Of a DNA stretch of 64,000 nucleotides, positions 45,666 to 58,997 are shown in pieces; positions within the stretch are counted from its first letter, which is position 1; each line of letters begins with the position of its first letter. The position numbers were made by a program, and so were the translations under genes. This stretch comes from Podarcis bocagei (lineage: Eukaryota): assembly GCA_964188305.1 (NCBI GenBank), contig OZ076902.1, one strand, 5' to 3'. A model generated the notes under the pieces. The model saw nothing but the letters and a program-made list of their open reading frames with translations, did not search any database and had not been told where the DNA came from.

Positions 45666-47831
45666 CCTCCGTAAGGCTGGTGTGCGGCCCCTGGTGTGCA
45701 GTTTGGTGCATGCCTGAGCTGTGGCGGCAGCTCCTGGCTAGAAGAGGCTGCGCTCCACTCTCTGCAGCAGCGCTGGGCATCAAAGAGACTGCACAATCAG
45801 GCCAGCGGGACGACAGGCTGGGGAGAGGCACTTTGTCGAGGGGGGGCAATGGAGGGGAGCTGGATCAAAGTGGCTGGCAAATCCCAGGCGGGCAGGAGCT
45901 CTCCCTGCCTTGCCTGCCTGCGGCACTAATGACCTTGATTAGGTTTTGCCCTCCCCTCACTCCCCCCGCCCCGCTGTTCTATGGTTCCTGCTGGCTCCTG
46001 GCGGGAAGGGAGAAGCCGCCGCGCTTGTGTGTGATTCAGCCACCAAACGATGGAAGGAAATGGATCTTGAACGAAGGCCCTTCCAGGCTGGTTGCACTGC
46101 CAGGCACAAATGCAGCCATGAAAACCCCAGCTCCCCCTGGTCTCCCAGGCGCCCCACCCCACACTTTGAGACACCCCCACCCTGGCTCAATGGAGGTCGG
46201 AACCCGCCTGCATCTCTGCTCACGCTCCAAGATCCAGTCTGCTCATGCTGCCCCTCCCAGCCTCGGAGGCAGAGCACTGGGCTGCTGTGGCTGTGACAGG
46301 CAAGAAAGGAGGCTCATCATGGGAAGGTGGGTGTCTGCTGGGGCTCCCCTTTCTGCCCCTCACACTCTCCACAGCTCTCCCCTCTAGTCTTCACCCTGTT
46401 GCTGCCCCCCCTCCGTTATTGACTCCCCCCTCCCTGCTCCGGTGTCCTCTTTCATTTCCTGGCATCTACATTGTGTGCAAAGGACCCGGACCTTTTCTGC
46501 AATTGCCAACCTTTTCAAAGAATAAAGGAGATTAGAATGAGATACGCTCAAAGCACTTCTCTCTTGCTGAAAAGGGCTGTAAAAATTATTTGATAGCAGA
46601 AAAATGCCAGCGGCTAACAGAATGTCAAGGGCCCAGAGGGGCGGGTGGAAGGGTGGGTTTTTTGAAAAAATAAATAAGGGGGAAAATTATAGACTTAGGA
46701 TCCAGTTTCAAATCCTAGTCCAACTCCGAGACATCACTCTCTCACCCAACCCCCCCCCCGCCTCAGTTTTCCACCTGCAAAAATACGAGTGAGCGGCCCA
46801 CCTCCCAGGCTTTAGAACAAAGGAGACAGCACAAACGAAAGAAAATGGCTGCTGTACTGACAGCCAGACAGGGCAGCTGGGCTGGGGCCTAGACTGCTAC
46901 AAACAGTGAAAGAGAAGATGGAGGAAGAAGCGCAAGGGGACTTCCACCCTGGCTCTTGGCTGAAACCCCTTCTTGATTTTCTCAAGCTCTCTCTCCAGCC
47001 CTCTTCAGTTGTGCCCAGAGGAAGCTGGCTGACTGCCTATGTGGCAGACTGGCAAGGACAGCTGGACCCTGGCAGAGAACTGGGCATCACCAGCCTTTTC
47101 TTCCACATGTGGAGAAAGGGCTCCAGAGCTCAACTGATGTTTAGATTTTTCTGCTTGCCTTTTGAAAATAAGCAAACTTGCGACAAATTCCCCTATCTAT
47201 CCCTTCCTGGCACACACCTCTTCATTCCTGCAGGGACCACCCGTCTTCCTGGCTACTTTTCCTCACGACCCCTGTGAATGGCTACCCCCACTTGTACCAA
47301 GAAGATCTAGGGTTCGCTGGTCCAGGGGAAAGAGTCTTACTTAAGGTGTGAGGGGCCCTAGGTTCAAATTCTGAACAAGTCCTGGGGAAAGGAAAGCCTG
47401 TACCTGAGATACTTCCCTGTGGGGAGGGACCCCAGCTCAGTGGCAGGGAACCTCCTTTGAAGACAAAAGTCCCACGGCGGCAGCATATCCAATTAAACAG
47501 AGCAAGCAACAAGTGATGGAAGGGAATGCGCTCTGCTTCAGTTACTGGGGAGACACTGCTGGGCCAGACAGCCTGACCTGGCAGTAGCTTCATAAGAACC
47601 CCAGCCCTGACATTCTTTTCTTCTTGGGGACAGAGACTTCTCCTGTTCCTGGATAAGTGCTAATGGAAATGGCCAAAGACCCTGCTGACCAGGGGCTGGC
47701 AAAAAGGACCCTGCCCATCCGCCCACCTCACTGCTTGGTGGAAATGCTCAGAGGGCCAGGGTGGTTCCGACCTCCATGGTGTGGGGGAGACAGGATGAGG
47801 GGCACGGCAGGCATTGCCTCCCAGTCCCTAC

Positions 47832-48003
47832 CTGCGGGGTATCGCTCATTGATAGGCCAATTGTCCACCTGCAGCGTTGCGTTGCCACCGCTCCGGGTGA
47901 AGCGCACCACGTGGTACTTGCCGTCGTTCACCATGGCGTTGCTCTCCTCGATGGTGATGTCGTCCGTGCCCACGTTGAAAATGACCCCAACTGTTCCCTG
48001 GTC
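47832..48003 (-). CDS. NRXN2: NRXN2 LNS6 exon preceding SS4
   Basis: 172 nt, cctcacag|GAC...GCAG|gtaggg; [57 protein letters not shown](G). Confidence 0.97.
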
Positions 48004-51000
48004 CTGTGAGGAGGTGACAGAGGGGAGAGAAGGAGAATGGAGTCAGAGCAGGGGTTAGCTGGGAGGTCAGAGGGGCAAATTCCAGCAGAGGCTGGGGAGG
48101 CAGGAGCAGGGGTCAAGGGGACTTTGTTGCAGCCAGGCATCTATGGTGATGAGCACATCTCTGGCCCACTGGCCCTGGCTCCCACCATTTTTAAAAAGGT
48201 AAGACTCCCGAGACACATGAACCCTGCAAAGTAAGAACTGTGCCTATAGCAGCTGACAGCCATGTCTCCTGCACCTTAACTCAGTTTTTCCCACAGTTAA
48301 CAAGGCTGTGCCACTGACAGCAGCCAGACAAGCCCTGCTGAGAAAGAGAAACCCAACTCTTTTCACTCCTGTTGAGTTTGCAATGGACATGTTAATAATC
48401 AGTGTTACTAGGAAGGGGGAGCAGTGGCCTGTTCCCTGTGGCACAGGTCTCCCCATTTGGCCTGTTGGTGGTGGGAAATAGGAGGTCTGATCTGGTTTGC
48501 CCAGTTGGAGTGTTTGAGGTTCGAAAGGGAACAAGTTAGGGCATTCTAAAATGCAGTCTTGGGTTTAGGGTGCTCCTCTGCCAGCCCAGGAACCCAGTGG
48601 TGAACAACCTCCAGAGGAGCCTGCCTGTCACTTTAGTTATCTACAGTGAGGCAGGTGGTGACTGGGAGAGAGGCTTCTTGGTGGGGTTCCTGATTTGTTG
48701 AATGCTTTCCCCAGGGACATTTGCTGTCTCTTTTGCACAATGAAATACTGCTTTATTTCCACAAGATTGAATTTATAATGGAAATTGTTCAAGTTCTGCT
48801 GTTTTATTATATTTTTTCACTAGTCTTCTTTTAAAAAAATGTTTTTTTATTTTTGTATTTGTGCCAAATAAAGAAGTTACAAAGATGCACGCAACACAGG
48901 ATGTATTTTTAAAAAGTTAAGAAATAAACCGTCACCTTGTGTAATTTATAAACAATTTAAAAAACACGAAATGATCCATGAAAAATAATAAACAGGAATG
49001 CTTTAGCGAACAAGCGGCCATCATTTGACCCAAGGAAGGAGAAAGGCAGCAGAAGTGAAGTCACTGCATCACCAATGGGAAGAGGCTTTCATTTTATATT
49101 GGAGGAGACGCTGACTGCTTCCTCAGTCACTGGGAAGCCTGAGAGTGTGTTTTAGTGTATTAACATGATATAAGTGGACTATAAGAGAATACAGTGTAGG
49201 AAAAGATATTATTTCCTGACCATTATCTTCCTGTAGTTCTGCCTACCTGATGTCCCTTGCTTTTGTTTTGAAATTTATGCTGTAAGCCACCTTGGAAATA
49301 TTGTTGCACGCTGAAGGGTAGGATAGAACCCAATTAGAAACCAAACAACAAATCTTGACCTGGGTTTTTCCTAATCCTGCTTGGCAGCCAAGAGAGAGTA
49401 AGAGACCAGGCCTCAGGCCAAGCGGATGGAGTCATGTTCTTGCGCTCCTGACTTCTTTTTAAAACCAGAGCTGTTGTAGTGTGGGAGTGGGGAATGCTGA
49501 GCCGGGGGGTCATGGGGCTGGGCGGGTTTTTTAAAAAGCACCCCCCCCACCCAGCCTGCCATGGCCACAATTGGAGACATCCCTCCAACACCTTCACCCC
49601 CTATTGACTACTATTCACAAGGGGAGGGAAATGCCTACTGGTGTCCCATTGTGACTAACTGGGGAGAGCAGAGTCCTGTTTTGCACAGGAGGTGCCAGAT
49701 GCTGAACGTGGAACCTTCCAGATATGCTCTCCCACAGAGTTGTGGCCTCTTCCCCAAGCAGAGAGGTGCCATCAGGAACCAAGAACACTCTTGGGCTGAG
49801 TGGCTTTTCTCCCGAGAGTTCTCCAGAGGGTGTTTTGCAGTGGCAGAAGCCTTTGTTGAGTTGCAGAGAGCCCCATCCACTTCCTTCATGGGAAGTGGTC
49901 CAACTGGTAGGGCCAAAGCATCACCTCACTCCCTCGGCACCCACTCCACTCATTTCCTCCCTCTTTATGGAGCTTGGGGGGGCAGTGACTTCAACCCGGC
50001 TTTCTGCAGGGGTCGGCCAAGTTGTCCGTGGGTCACCGCATAGACCAGCTTTGGCACGCTGGCTCCCAAACACCCTACAACCAGCTGGCTGTCAGGTGCT
50101 TAGGACTAAGCAGGATGTGGCTGGCAAACAGGGCCACCTCTCCATGAGATGGTAGCAGCAGCGGAAAGACAGTCTTTCCCGCATGATCTTCCTGCTAGAT
50201 TTCTGTTGTCCTGGCTTGGCCTGGAGGTCTGCTTCCAGGTTTGGTGCAAAACGGGCCAACTCTTGCAGGCGATTCTAGACCAGGGGAGGGGATGGAAGAC
50301 AGATGTTGCCCCAAAGGGTCCTGAGAAGGCTCACTCCACTGCCTCCTCCTTCCTCTGTGCTGCTTTCAGGTATCCCCGCTTCAGCTTGGGGCCCTCACCT
50401 CTCGCCCTCCTTGCTCTGCTCTCACCAGCTCACTTGCTGCAGCTCTGAGTAATCAGAGCTCCCTTAATCCAGTTCCTGGTGCAGCCCAGATTGACAGCGC
50501 GCTGCCTAATCTCGTTTGCCTCATCAATAAGCTAACGATCAGGGCTGCTTAATTTCATTTGCAGCAGAGCGGTAATTAATCCACTTCTGCAGCCGCCTCT
50601 CTGGAAAGGAGCAGAAGAGCTGCAGGGTGAGAAGCAACCTGTGTAGGAGTTGGGCTGTGGAGTAGAAATTTTTGTGTGTGGGGCGGGGTGGGGTGTGTGT
50701 GTGTGTGTGAGCTACACCTCTCCCTTTCCCACATTCACAGTTGCCAGACGCAATGTAATATGCCAGGGAGTCACAGGAATGAAGGAAGCTGCCTTGAGTC
50801 AGACATTTGATCCCTCTAGATCAGTACTGCCTGCCCTGATAGACACTGGCTCTCCAGAGTTTCAGGCAGAGGACAATTACCAACCCTACCTGCAGATGCC
50901 AACACGGATCAAGCCTGGGACCTTCTTCATGCAAAACAGAAACTCTACCACCGCATTCTCCAGTTTCAGGCACCAACGGTGCCGTCCTTTGCCTGGCTAC

Positions 51001-52770
51001 AGAGAAGTACAGCCCCATTGACTTTGATGGGCCTTGCTTCGGATTGCAGCCCAAATCCCTTCCCTATTATCTCAAGAGCACTTGTCCCCCACATGCCCCC
51101 GCCTCTCAGAGTCTAGTTTAATAACCTGGCAATGCGAGAGCCGAAGAAAGCACACACTTCGTATGCAAGACAAGCTCAGTGGCCTGTTCAGAGAAAAGCC
51201 ATTCAGCGGAAACCTTGGAACTGGGGTCCACTTTGGCCCAGCTGTATGCATCCCTCCTGCCTATGCATAATATGCACGAGCTTCCTCTTTGGGAGCATTT
51301 TTTCATCAGTCCATAACTCATCATGGGCTGTTCCTTCTGAGCAAGGGTGCTTATGTGGTTATAAAGAGCTCGAGATGAGTTATGGGCGCCCAGAGCACAC
51401 ACGGTCACAATTCAAGCTGGCTGTCACCCTAAGTAACAACCGGCTCCCAGTGGAGCAACTGAGTACTGGCAGAGGTTCTTTCCTTTAGCCAGGCAGGGGA
51501 ATTCACACCACCCATTTCCCCATCCCTGTCCCCACCTTAACTGGCGGCTGTCTACACCAGAAAATTTTAGATGTTTCCAGTTTCCTGCCACAGAGCCCAG
51601 GTGGTGCTTCATGTCCAATCATTTCTACACAAAACCTATTTCCCAAAGTCAATCTTCATATTCAGAATACAAACATTACAGTGACACAGAGCATGTGCAG
51701 ACTGCCTTTCTTGTATCACTTGTGAATGTCAGCCAGCCTCCACACATGTGGCCTTGGGGAATCTGGCTTCCCAGGAACAGCTTCCAAACAGACCCCAGCA
51801 CCTCACTCTTTTAACTAAAAGAAATCTTAGCTGATTAATTCTTAGGAATGTTAATTAATGCCGCATTAATCAATTAAATAGGCACAAATCTCTATATGAA
51901 TATTAATTCTGAAGATAAAGAGTGAATGCTTTGTTTCAAATTAAGTACACCCAACACGTCACATGGGTACATCATCCCAAATCTAAGGGAAATGTTCTGG
52001 CTTTGTAAGAAGAGGCATCCTGGCTGTGGGAGACAACTGGGGGTGGGGGCAGGGGGGAAGCCCTCTTCTAAGGTGGCACAAACCACCTGAATACTGTGTA
52101 GGTGTACACAGCTGTATTAAAAACAATGTAAAACATTTCAAACCTGTTGCCCAATGAATCAGGGAAACCTTTTAAAACAAATCAGTCTAACCAATTCATC
52201 ACCTAAGTATGGCAGCCCTGTTTTTATAGAAATTAGCAAGAAATATTCCTGATAGAATCTGGACTTTTCACTCTACATTCTGACAACACACTCCTACCTT
52301 CCTCCAAAAGCCAGCTCCTTGCACCTTGCACTGTGCCATGAATAGAGCCAGCCAAGCCATGAGGCAGGTGAGGCTGCTGCTTCAGGCGGCAGAAGTGCTC
52401 CAGATGGCACACCGATGGATGCCTTGCTGTCTCTGCCATCGGCAGAAAAGTGTTGCTGCCATCGACATTGATTTTGGGCAGTGTTGCAGCAGTTTTGGGG
52501 GTGAAATCATCCAAGATTGTCCCGATCTTACCCAAAATTGGCCCTGATGGCACTGCCGCTTCTCTGCTAGAGGCAGATGGGGCAAGGCTCAACAGTAGCA
52601 GTGGCGGGAGTCGCAGCAGCAGGGCATTTGCTGCCCCTGACCTTGGAGGGCCCCCCCAAAAGGGATGTGCTGCTCCCTCCTGTCCCCCTTGGCTGCTCCT
52701 TTCCTCTCTTACTCACAACCCAGGATATCTTAGCAGAACATCTGAAAGGATATTTTTATGGGGCCAGTTT

Positions 52771-53666
52771 TCATAGAATCATAGAATCATAGAGTTGGAA
52801 GAGACCACAAGGGCCATCGAGTCCAACCCCCTGCCAAGCAGGAAACACCATCAGAGCACTCCTGACATATGGTTGTCAAGCCTCTGCTTAAAGACCTCCA
52901 AAGAAGGAGACTCCACCACACTCCTTGGCAGCAAATTCCACTGTCAAACAGCTCTTACTGTCAGGAAGTTCTTCCTAATGTTTAGGTGGAATCTTCTTTC
53001 TTGTAGTTTGGCTCCATTGCTCCGTGTCCGCTTCTCTGGAGCAGCAGAAAACAACCTTTCTCCCTCCTCTATGTGACATCCTTTTATATATTTGAACATG
53101 GCTATCATATCACCCCTTAACCTCCTCTTCTCCAGGCTAAACATGCCCAGCTCCCTTAGCCGTTCCTCATAAGGCATCGTTTCCAGGTCTTTGACCATTT
53201 TGGTTGCCCTCCTCTGGACACGTTCCAGTTTGTCAGTGTCCTTCTTGAATTGTGGTGCCCAGAACTGGACACAGTACTCCAGGTGAGGTCTGACCAGAGC
53301 AGAATACAGTGGCACTATTACTTCCCTTGATCTAGATGCTATACTCCTATTGATGAGGCCCAGAATTGCATTGGCTTTTTTAGCTGCCGCGTCACACTGT
53401 TGGCTCATGTCAAGTTTGTGGTCAACCAAGACTCCTAGATCCTTTTCACATGTACTGCTCTCAAGCCAGGTGTCCCCCATCTTGTATTTGTGCCTCTCAT
53501 TTTTTTTGCCCAAGTGCAATACTTTACATTTCTCCCTGTTAAAATTCATCTTGTTTGTTTTGGCCCAGTTTTCTAATCTGTCAAGGTCGTTTTGAAGTGT
53601 GATCCTGTCCTCTGGGGTGTTAGCCACCCCTCCCAGTTTGGTGTCATCTGCAAATTTGATCAGGAT
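52771..53666 (-). mobile_element. 5'-truncated CR1 LINE: ORF2 RT C-terminal part and 3' UTR
   Basis: LIKFADDTKLGGVANTPEDR...RPHLEYCVQFWAP...LNIRKNFLTVRAV; one in-frame TGA at 52944-52946 (probably CGA>TGA) then QWNLLPRSVVESPSLEVFKQRL; ends in (ATTCTATG)n tail at 52771-52792. Confidence 0.95.
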
Positions 53667-56600
53667 TTTTGCCAGTGTAGGAGGGCGCCATGTTTTTTAG
53701 TATCACAGAACAAAGTCCCACAGCCAGCAGGATAAAAGATGCTCTTCTATTATGGGCATCCTAACCTTCTAGCATCAGCACAGCACCTACCATTTACTGA
53801 AAATCCCAGAAATGCAGTGTATTTCTTTGCAGCTGGGAGGTGGGGAAAAGTGGAGGGGGGACACACACACACACATTATTAAGGGCTTATTATGCTAAGC
53901 AGTGATTAATACCACGCGGTGGGAGCGGCTGGCTGGCTGGCTGGCTGTGTGTGCTCACGCTGCTTATTAGAGCCATGCATGTAATTATTGCATTAAGCCC
54001 AGATTATTAGAGCGCTGGGGCATGTGCGTTTTATTAATGCCCACCCTCAACCCCTGTAGTTCAAGGAGGGGAAGGCTGGTGAGCCCTACCTGGAGAGGTG
54101 AGCAATATGTAGCAGTCCTTATCACAGAGACAGCCATGTGCTGGCACTGCTGACTCATCAGGATGGGGGCTCGACAACTTCTAACACTACCTTGGCTGCA
54201 GGGCTCCTGGGTGCCGGAAAACCCACAGGCAGCAAATGGCGTCTCAGGCCGTTAAAAATGGCCTGTGAGCCACTGGCAAGACACCCACTTTCATTTCAGA
54301 TCAAAGCAAAGCTCCTAATCTGCATTTCCCGGCGATGTCATGACACACAGGAGCATCCCACTGAACTGCAGAGGCTTCCCAATGCAAGCAGGAAATGTTG
54401 GGGTGGAAGGAGGAAACGAGACAGGATTGAGGTACTTCCAAGATGCTACACTGACTACTTAGACGAGCCGTTGTCTGAAGGCTGGGCGGTGTTGGGATGC
54501 AATAGTGCAGTTGAATCATTTTAGACTCTGGCCTTAAAGGTGCCATATGCACACAACCCACACACTCCAGATGGTCACGTGTGTGTACTTCAGCCAAGTA
54601 AAAATGTGGTATATGCAAGCCCTGCTGTGTTGGAGAGCCTTCCTGCTCACTCTGATGAGTGGGGCACCTGGATGTCTGCCCCCAAAACTGAGCTGGTTCC
54701 CACAACTGCGGAGCTCTATGATGATGAGACCAGACCAGGTTCTTGAAAGGTCCAAGTGCAGAATGCTTTCAGAAAAAAAAATTGAGTAAGGAGCCCATGC
54801 CTTGGGGCAGGAGGAGGGGTGCCCAGGGATGGCAGCAACAGCAGCTGCCTTCAAGGGTGGCCTTGGGTCACCCGCCACCACCTTCTGCTCTCTGCTGGGC
54901 AACGATTCCAGAGCAATCCATCTCCGCCAGGTCACAGCTGCTGAAGGGGCCAGGCCACTTGAGGTGACAAGTTGCTGCAGCTCCTGGCACCTCCTAAAAA
55001 AATTAAACATCACCCAGCCCTCTGCCGACCCTTTGTTCAACGACAGACCCTTGCTGCCTTCCAGGGACATGAATTCCAGCAGCCAATTCCACCTCTGTCA
55101 GAAAGAAAGAAATATCTTCTGAGGCTGGGTCCTCAGTGCCACCCTACCTCACCTGTTCTGCTTCGCACCAAGGCACTTTCCTGTGGGCACTGTCAGGTTG
55201 CAGAGGACCACTCCCCTACAGAACCCCAGAGCCTCCTTGCTCTCCTCTTTTCAGTCTCTGCTTGCTTACTTGCCCCCCACTTCCAGACACACAAGCAGGG
55301 AAAGAGGAGGGGGAAGGAAAAGGAGCAGCAGCCCCCACGAACTCCACATTCTCCCCTCTGGGTGACAGAGGCGGGGAGGTGGACATACCCAGAGGGGGGC
55401 ATCCCTGGAGCAGATGCTGTGGGGGTGGCCCTTGCAGCTTTCTGCTCCTATATGGCTTTGTTTGGGGGGTGGGCTCACACACCCCACTGCAGATCAGGCA
55501 ATTTTGGGGAGGCCGACAAAGAATCCAAGCAAGCATGGCAAGTGACAGGAAGCAGGGGAGATAGGTGGAACAATTTAGGCGCGACTGACTTCTCCCAGTT
55601 TCACAGACACACACTATGGGAAGTGGAAAGAGGAGAGACAAAGCGATGGCAGAAAGCAGTGTCTTAAGATGGGTGGCACGGCACGACATGGAAGGCTGAG
55701 ACCAGAGCGGGAGAAAGAGAGACTGCCTCCACCCCCTGCTTGACTTGATGCCTTCACTGGCATGAGGTGGCTGCTGCCTTGTAGCTCTCGCTAAGCCCTG
55801 TCGAGGCCTGCTGGCACGCCGGAGTTACTTAAGGGAGAGATTTATGTCACTCACAGAGGCTGGAAATTAAAAGAGAAGGGGGGGGGGAAGGGAGGAGGAG
55901 GAAGCGAAGGAGAAATGGATTTACGAGGCTAGAAGTAAGCCCAGACCCCAGGATACAGGGAGGCAGTGGTGGCAGCAGCCGCAGCAGCAGCACGCGGGCC
56001 TTGGCGGCTGGCTGGCACAATAACTCCTGTATGTGAGCGAGCGAGCGAGCAGCCACGGCTGGCTGGCCTGAGGGCCCCCACAGCCAAGCGCTTAATGGAC
56101 CGTGCAAGGCCAGAGAGCGAGAGAGAGAGAAAGGCAGGCCTCTTGTCTGCTCCAAGATGGCTGCCAAGGCACCAAAATGGCTGCCGCCTCCAATGGCTTG
56201 CAAGTCCTGCCCTTTGCATCCCAGCACCCTGGAAAACGGTTTCAGGCTGCCCAACCTCCAAACCAGGCCCTGCAGCTGATGCTCTGAACGGGTTTTCTGA
56301 GGTGCATCGATCACCAGGTTTAGCTCCACTTGCGGTATTTATCGAATCTCAAAAGCAGAGAAGCAGGTCTGCCTGCAGGTTTTTGGTTTTTTATCTCCTG
56401 GGGAAGGGACCAGGACTAGTCACTTGGGAACCCCAAACCAAACAGCAATAAGACTCTGAGCAATTAGCTTGTCTCAAGATGGCTGCCGTCTTCTGTGGGC
56501 AGCAGCAAGGCAACAAAATGGCCCCTCACTCGACAAGGTTTTCTTCCGCCCTCCTGTGTGACAATGAAAGGCCAGAGATGGTGAATGCTGTGACAGCCTT

Positions 56601-58961
56601 TCCTCAGCTAAGTGACTTGTGCCTGTACTGACACCCCAACAGTTGGAGTGCAAGGGTGGGGAGAATGGATGCTACCTCAGCACAGCGAGGGAACTTTATT
56701 TCCTGCCTGCCTTGCCTGTCCTGTGTCAGAAAACTTGTCAAGTCTAATGTCCTCACTTCCTAAGCAGAGAAATGGGAGTGACAACCAGCAGGCCTCAACC
56801 TGTGTTAAACAGCCCAACAAAATAGCTGCAGTTTTGTTGAAGGCCAATTCATGCAACTCCTGCTTTTCTGACTCAAGATTACAAGCAATGTGATACCATG
56901 ATGCCTCCCAGGGATAAGGAGGATTTTCAGCTTGGGGCTAGATTTCTAGCTCTAAGGCAACTTTTGTATCCAGAAATTTCCTCAGCCACAGAAAGGCCTC
57001 CAGTGGGGTTAGCAGAAGTTTCTTTAGGGTCATTTATGAGGGGAGAGAGGCATCCCTTCAGGCTTCCCAAAAGCATCCCCTGCCAGCCATACCCACAACA
57101 CTCACAACGTGTTATTTTCACTATGGAAAGGTGGGATATAAATACTGTTTGCTAAAACAGATGTTACAAAACCATCCCCATTTTACGTGTGGAAGAAGGC
57201 AGACATCTTCCCTGCCTGTCAATGGCCAAGCTGGGCATTAAGTCGTGGATCTTCCAGATCTGTTTTTAAATTTTTACACACATCCTGTCATTTCCGAAGA
57301 AAGAGCAGTTAGTGTTTATGTCTACTTGAAAACCACAAGTGGCAGAAGCGGAACTCTGAACCTAAATTATCTGGGACACATTTTAGTTCCTACGTAGTAA
57401 GGAAAATGCACTCGGCACATGGTCTGATTCCCCCTCCCTCAGATATAGCCTTCTAAGACTGAGCCTGGCAGACCACTGGCTACTCTATGTGTTCAGTGTT
57501 AGATAACAGTCAGAATTAATGGTCATTAATTCTAATAATATGAACACACCAAGAATTCTCCCCTCTAACGAGAAAAGGCAGAACTTTTTAATGGCATTTC
57601 TTGGGTTTCCACCCTGTACAGTACAATCCTGTGAGGTGGGCTGCTATTACAGGGGCCAACCTAGACAAGATGTTAATTGTGTGAATGCAATTAGCATACA
57701 CTTTTTTGTTATGTAAGTAGCACCATAGAGAGGTGGGGAGGGAGTTTAACTCTTTATCCCCCTGTCCCACAAAACCCCCTGGTCCACAGCTTTGATTTGC
57801 ATTTCAAGGGAAAGCCTCATTAGTACCAAACAGTGCCTTCCCTTGAAATGCAAATTGGCATTTCAGAGAGGGGATTTTCATCAGCCCATGGCAGGGAAGA
57901 CAAGAGTTAAAAACCCCATGAGGCTGCTCAACCTTCCCCACCAGCTGATATTTACACAGGGGGGGAAAAGTAGGTGTTAATTTTATTCACACAATTAATG
58001 TCATCACTTCCAAGCTGGCCCTGCAGCTGAGAGTGAGAACCCACAGGAAGAGAACCTGGCCCTCCCCACTCCCACCCAGTGGGAAGGGTGCCAGGACGGC
58101 TTGAGGTATTCAGGTGAAAAGCCCACATGCAGCTGCCAAACCTCTCCCCATGTGACTCTCTCATGCCCATTGCTTGGGAGTTCTCTGCTGAAGCCCCACC
58201 ACCACTCAGAGTGACCAGGGCAGCAAACAACCATGAAACCTCAGTCACCCAGTTGACATTTATTGGCTTTTCTGTTTCACTCACAGCAACCCAAATGAAG
58301 TGGATGGTTATTTGTAGCTAGCACAGGGATTGGGATGACACCCGCCCCACCCCAGTGATAATGTGCTTGCTTCCAGGGGGTGCTAGCCCAGCCGCCAATA
58401 CCAGGAGCTCCCCACTGCCCGCCCATATACACCAGGGACTTGAGAAGGGAAGATCGTGCAGGCTTTAGTGTCCCCCCCCCCATAACCTCAAGATCTACCC
58501 ACCAGAGCAAAAGACATCTAGTTAAAGAACAGAGAACCTCCCTTGCAAATTATAGGCTGCAGTTAATGACTGCAGGAGGCAAATGCCCTCTGCACATGCT
58601 TAGGCACAGCAGCTTCTCTTCTCCCACATTCCAGGCTTGCATCCTGGTGCTGAAAGTCAGCTCTGATGGGTGCCACAGGCTGCAGGGCACTGCAGTGTGT
58701 CCTGCATAAATCCAAGCAGACTGGTGGAGCATCAGGTGAAGCTCTTTGGCACAACAAAATTCACCCTAGGCTGGCAAAACAAAACACACACACTGCAGCC
58801 AGGTGACCTTAAAAGGGAGAAAAGGCCGATTAAGCCCTTCTTCAAAAGGGAGATGCAACTGATTCCATGGGGTGGGACTCAGAACCTATTCACAATTGGA
58901 CCAATGCAGTTGCATTGGAAGGAGTAAGTTTGCTGAAAAACTCTCACACACACATGCAAGA

Positions 58962-58964
58962 GCG

Positions 58965-58997
<33 letters not shown>
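58962..58997. repeat. (GC)n(AC)n alternating purine-pyrimidine tract
   Basis: Seen directly; a similar (TG)n(CG)n tract is at 60969-60996. Confidence 0.9.

Noticed and set aside
45680-46387. 235-aa plus-strand ORF and the other 60-230 aa intronic ORFs
   Set aside because: No recognisable domains or splice structure; expected in GC-rich or microsatellite intron sequence.
52944-53627. 227-aa ORF as a host gene
   Set aside because: It is CR1 ORF2 reverse-transcriptase sequence.
55847-56329. Leu/Pro-rich minus ORF as the beta-neurexin first exon
   Set aside because: No His-rich beta leader, wrong phase, and the beta exon must lie upstream of the first LNS6 exon, which is not in the window.
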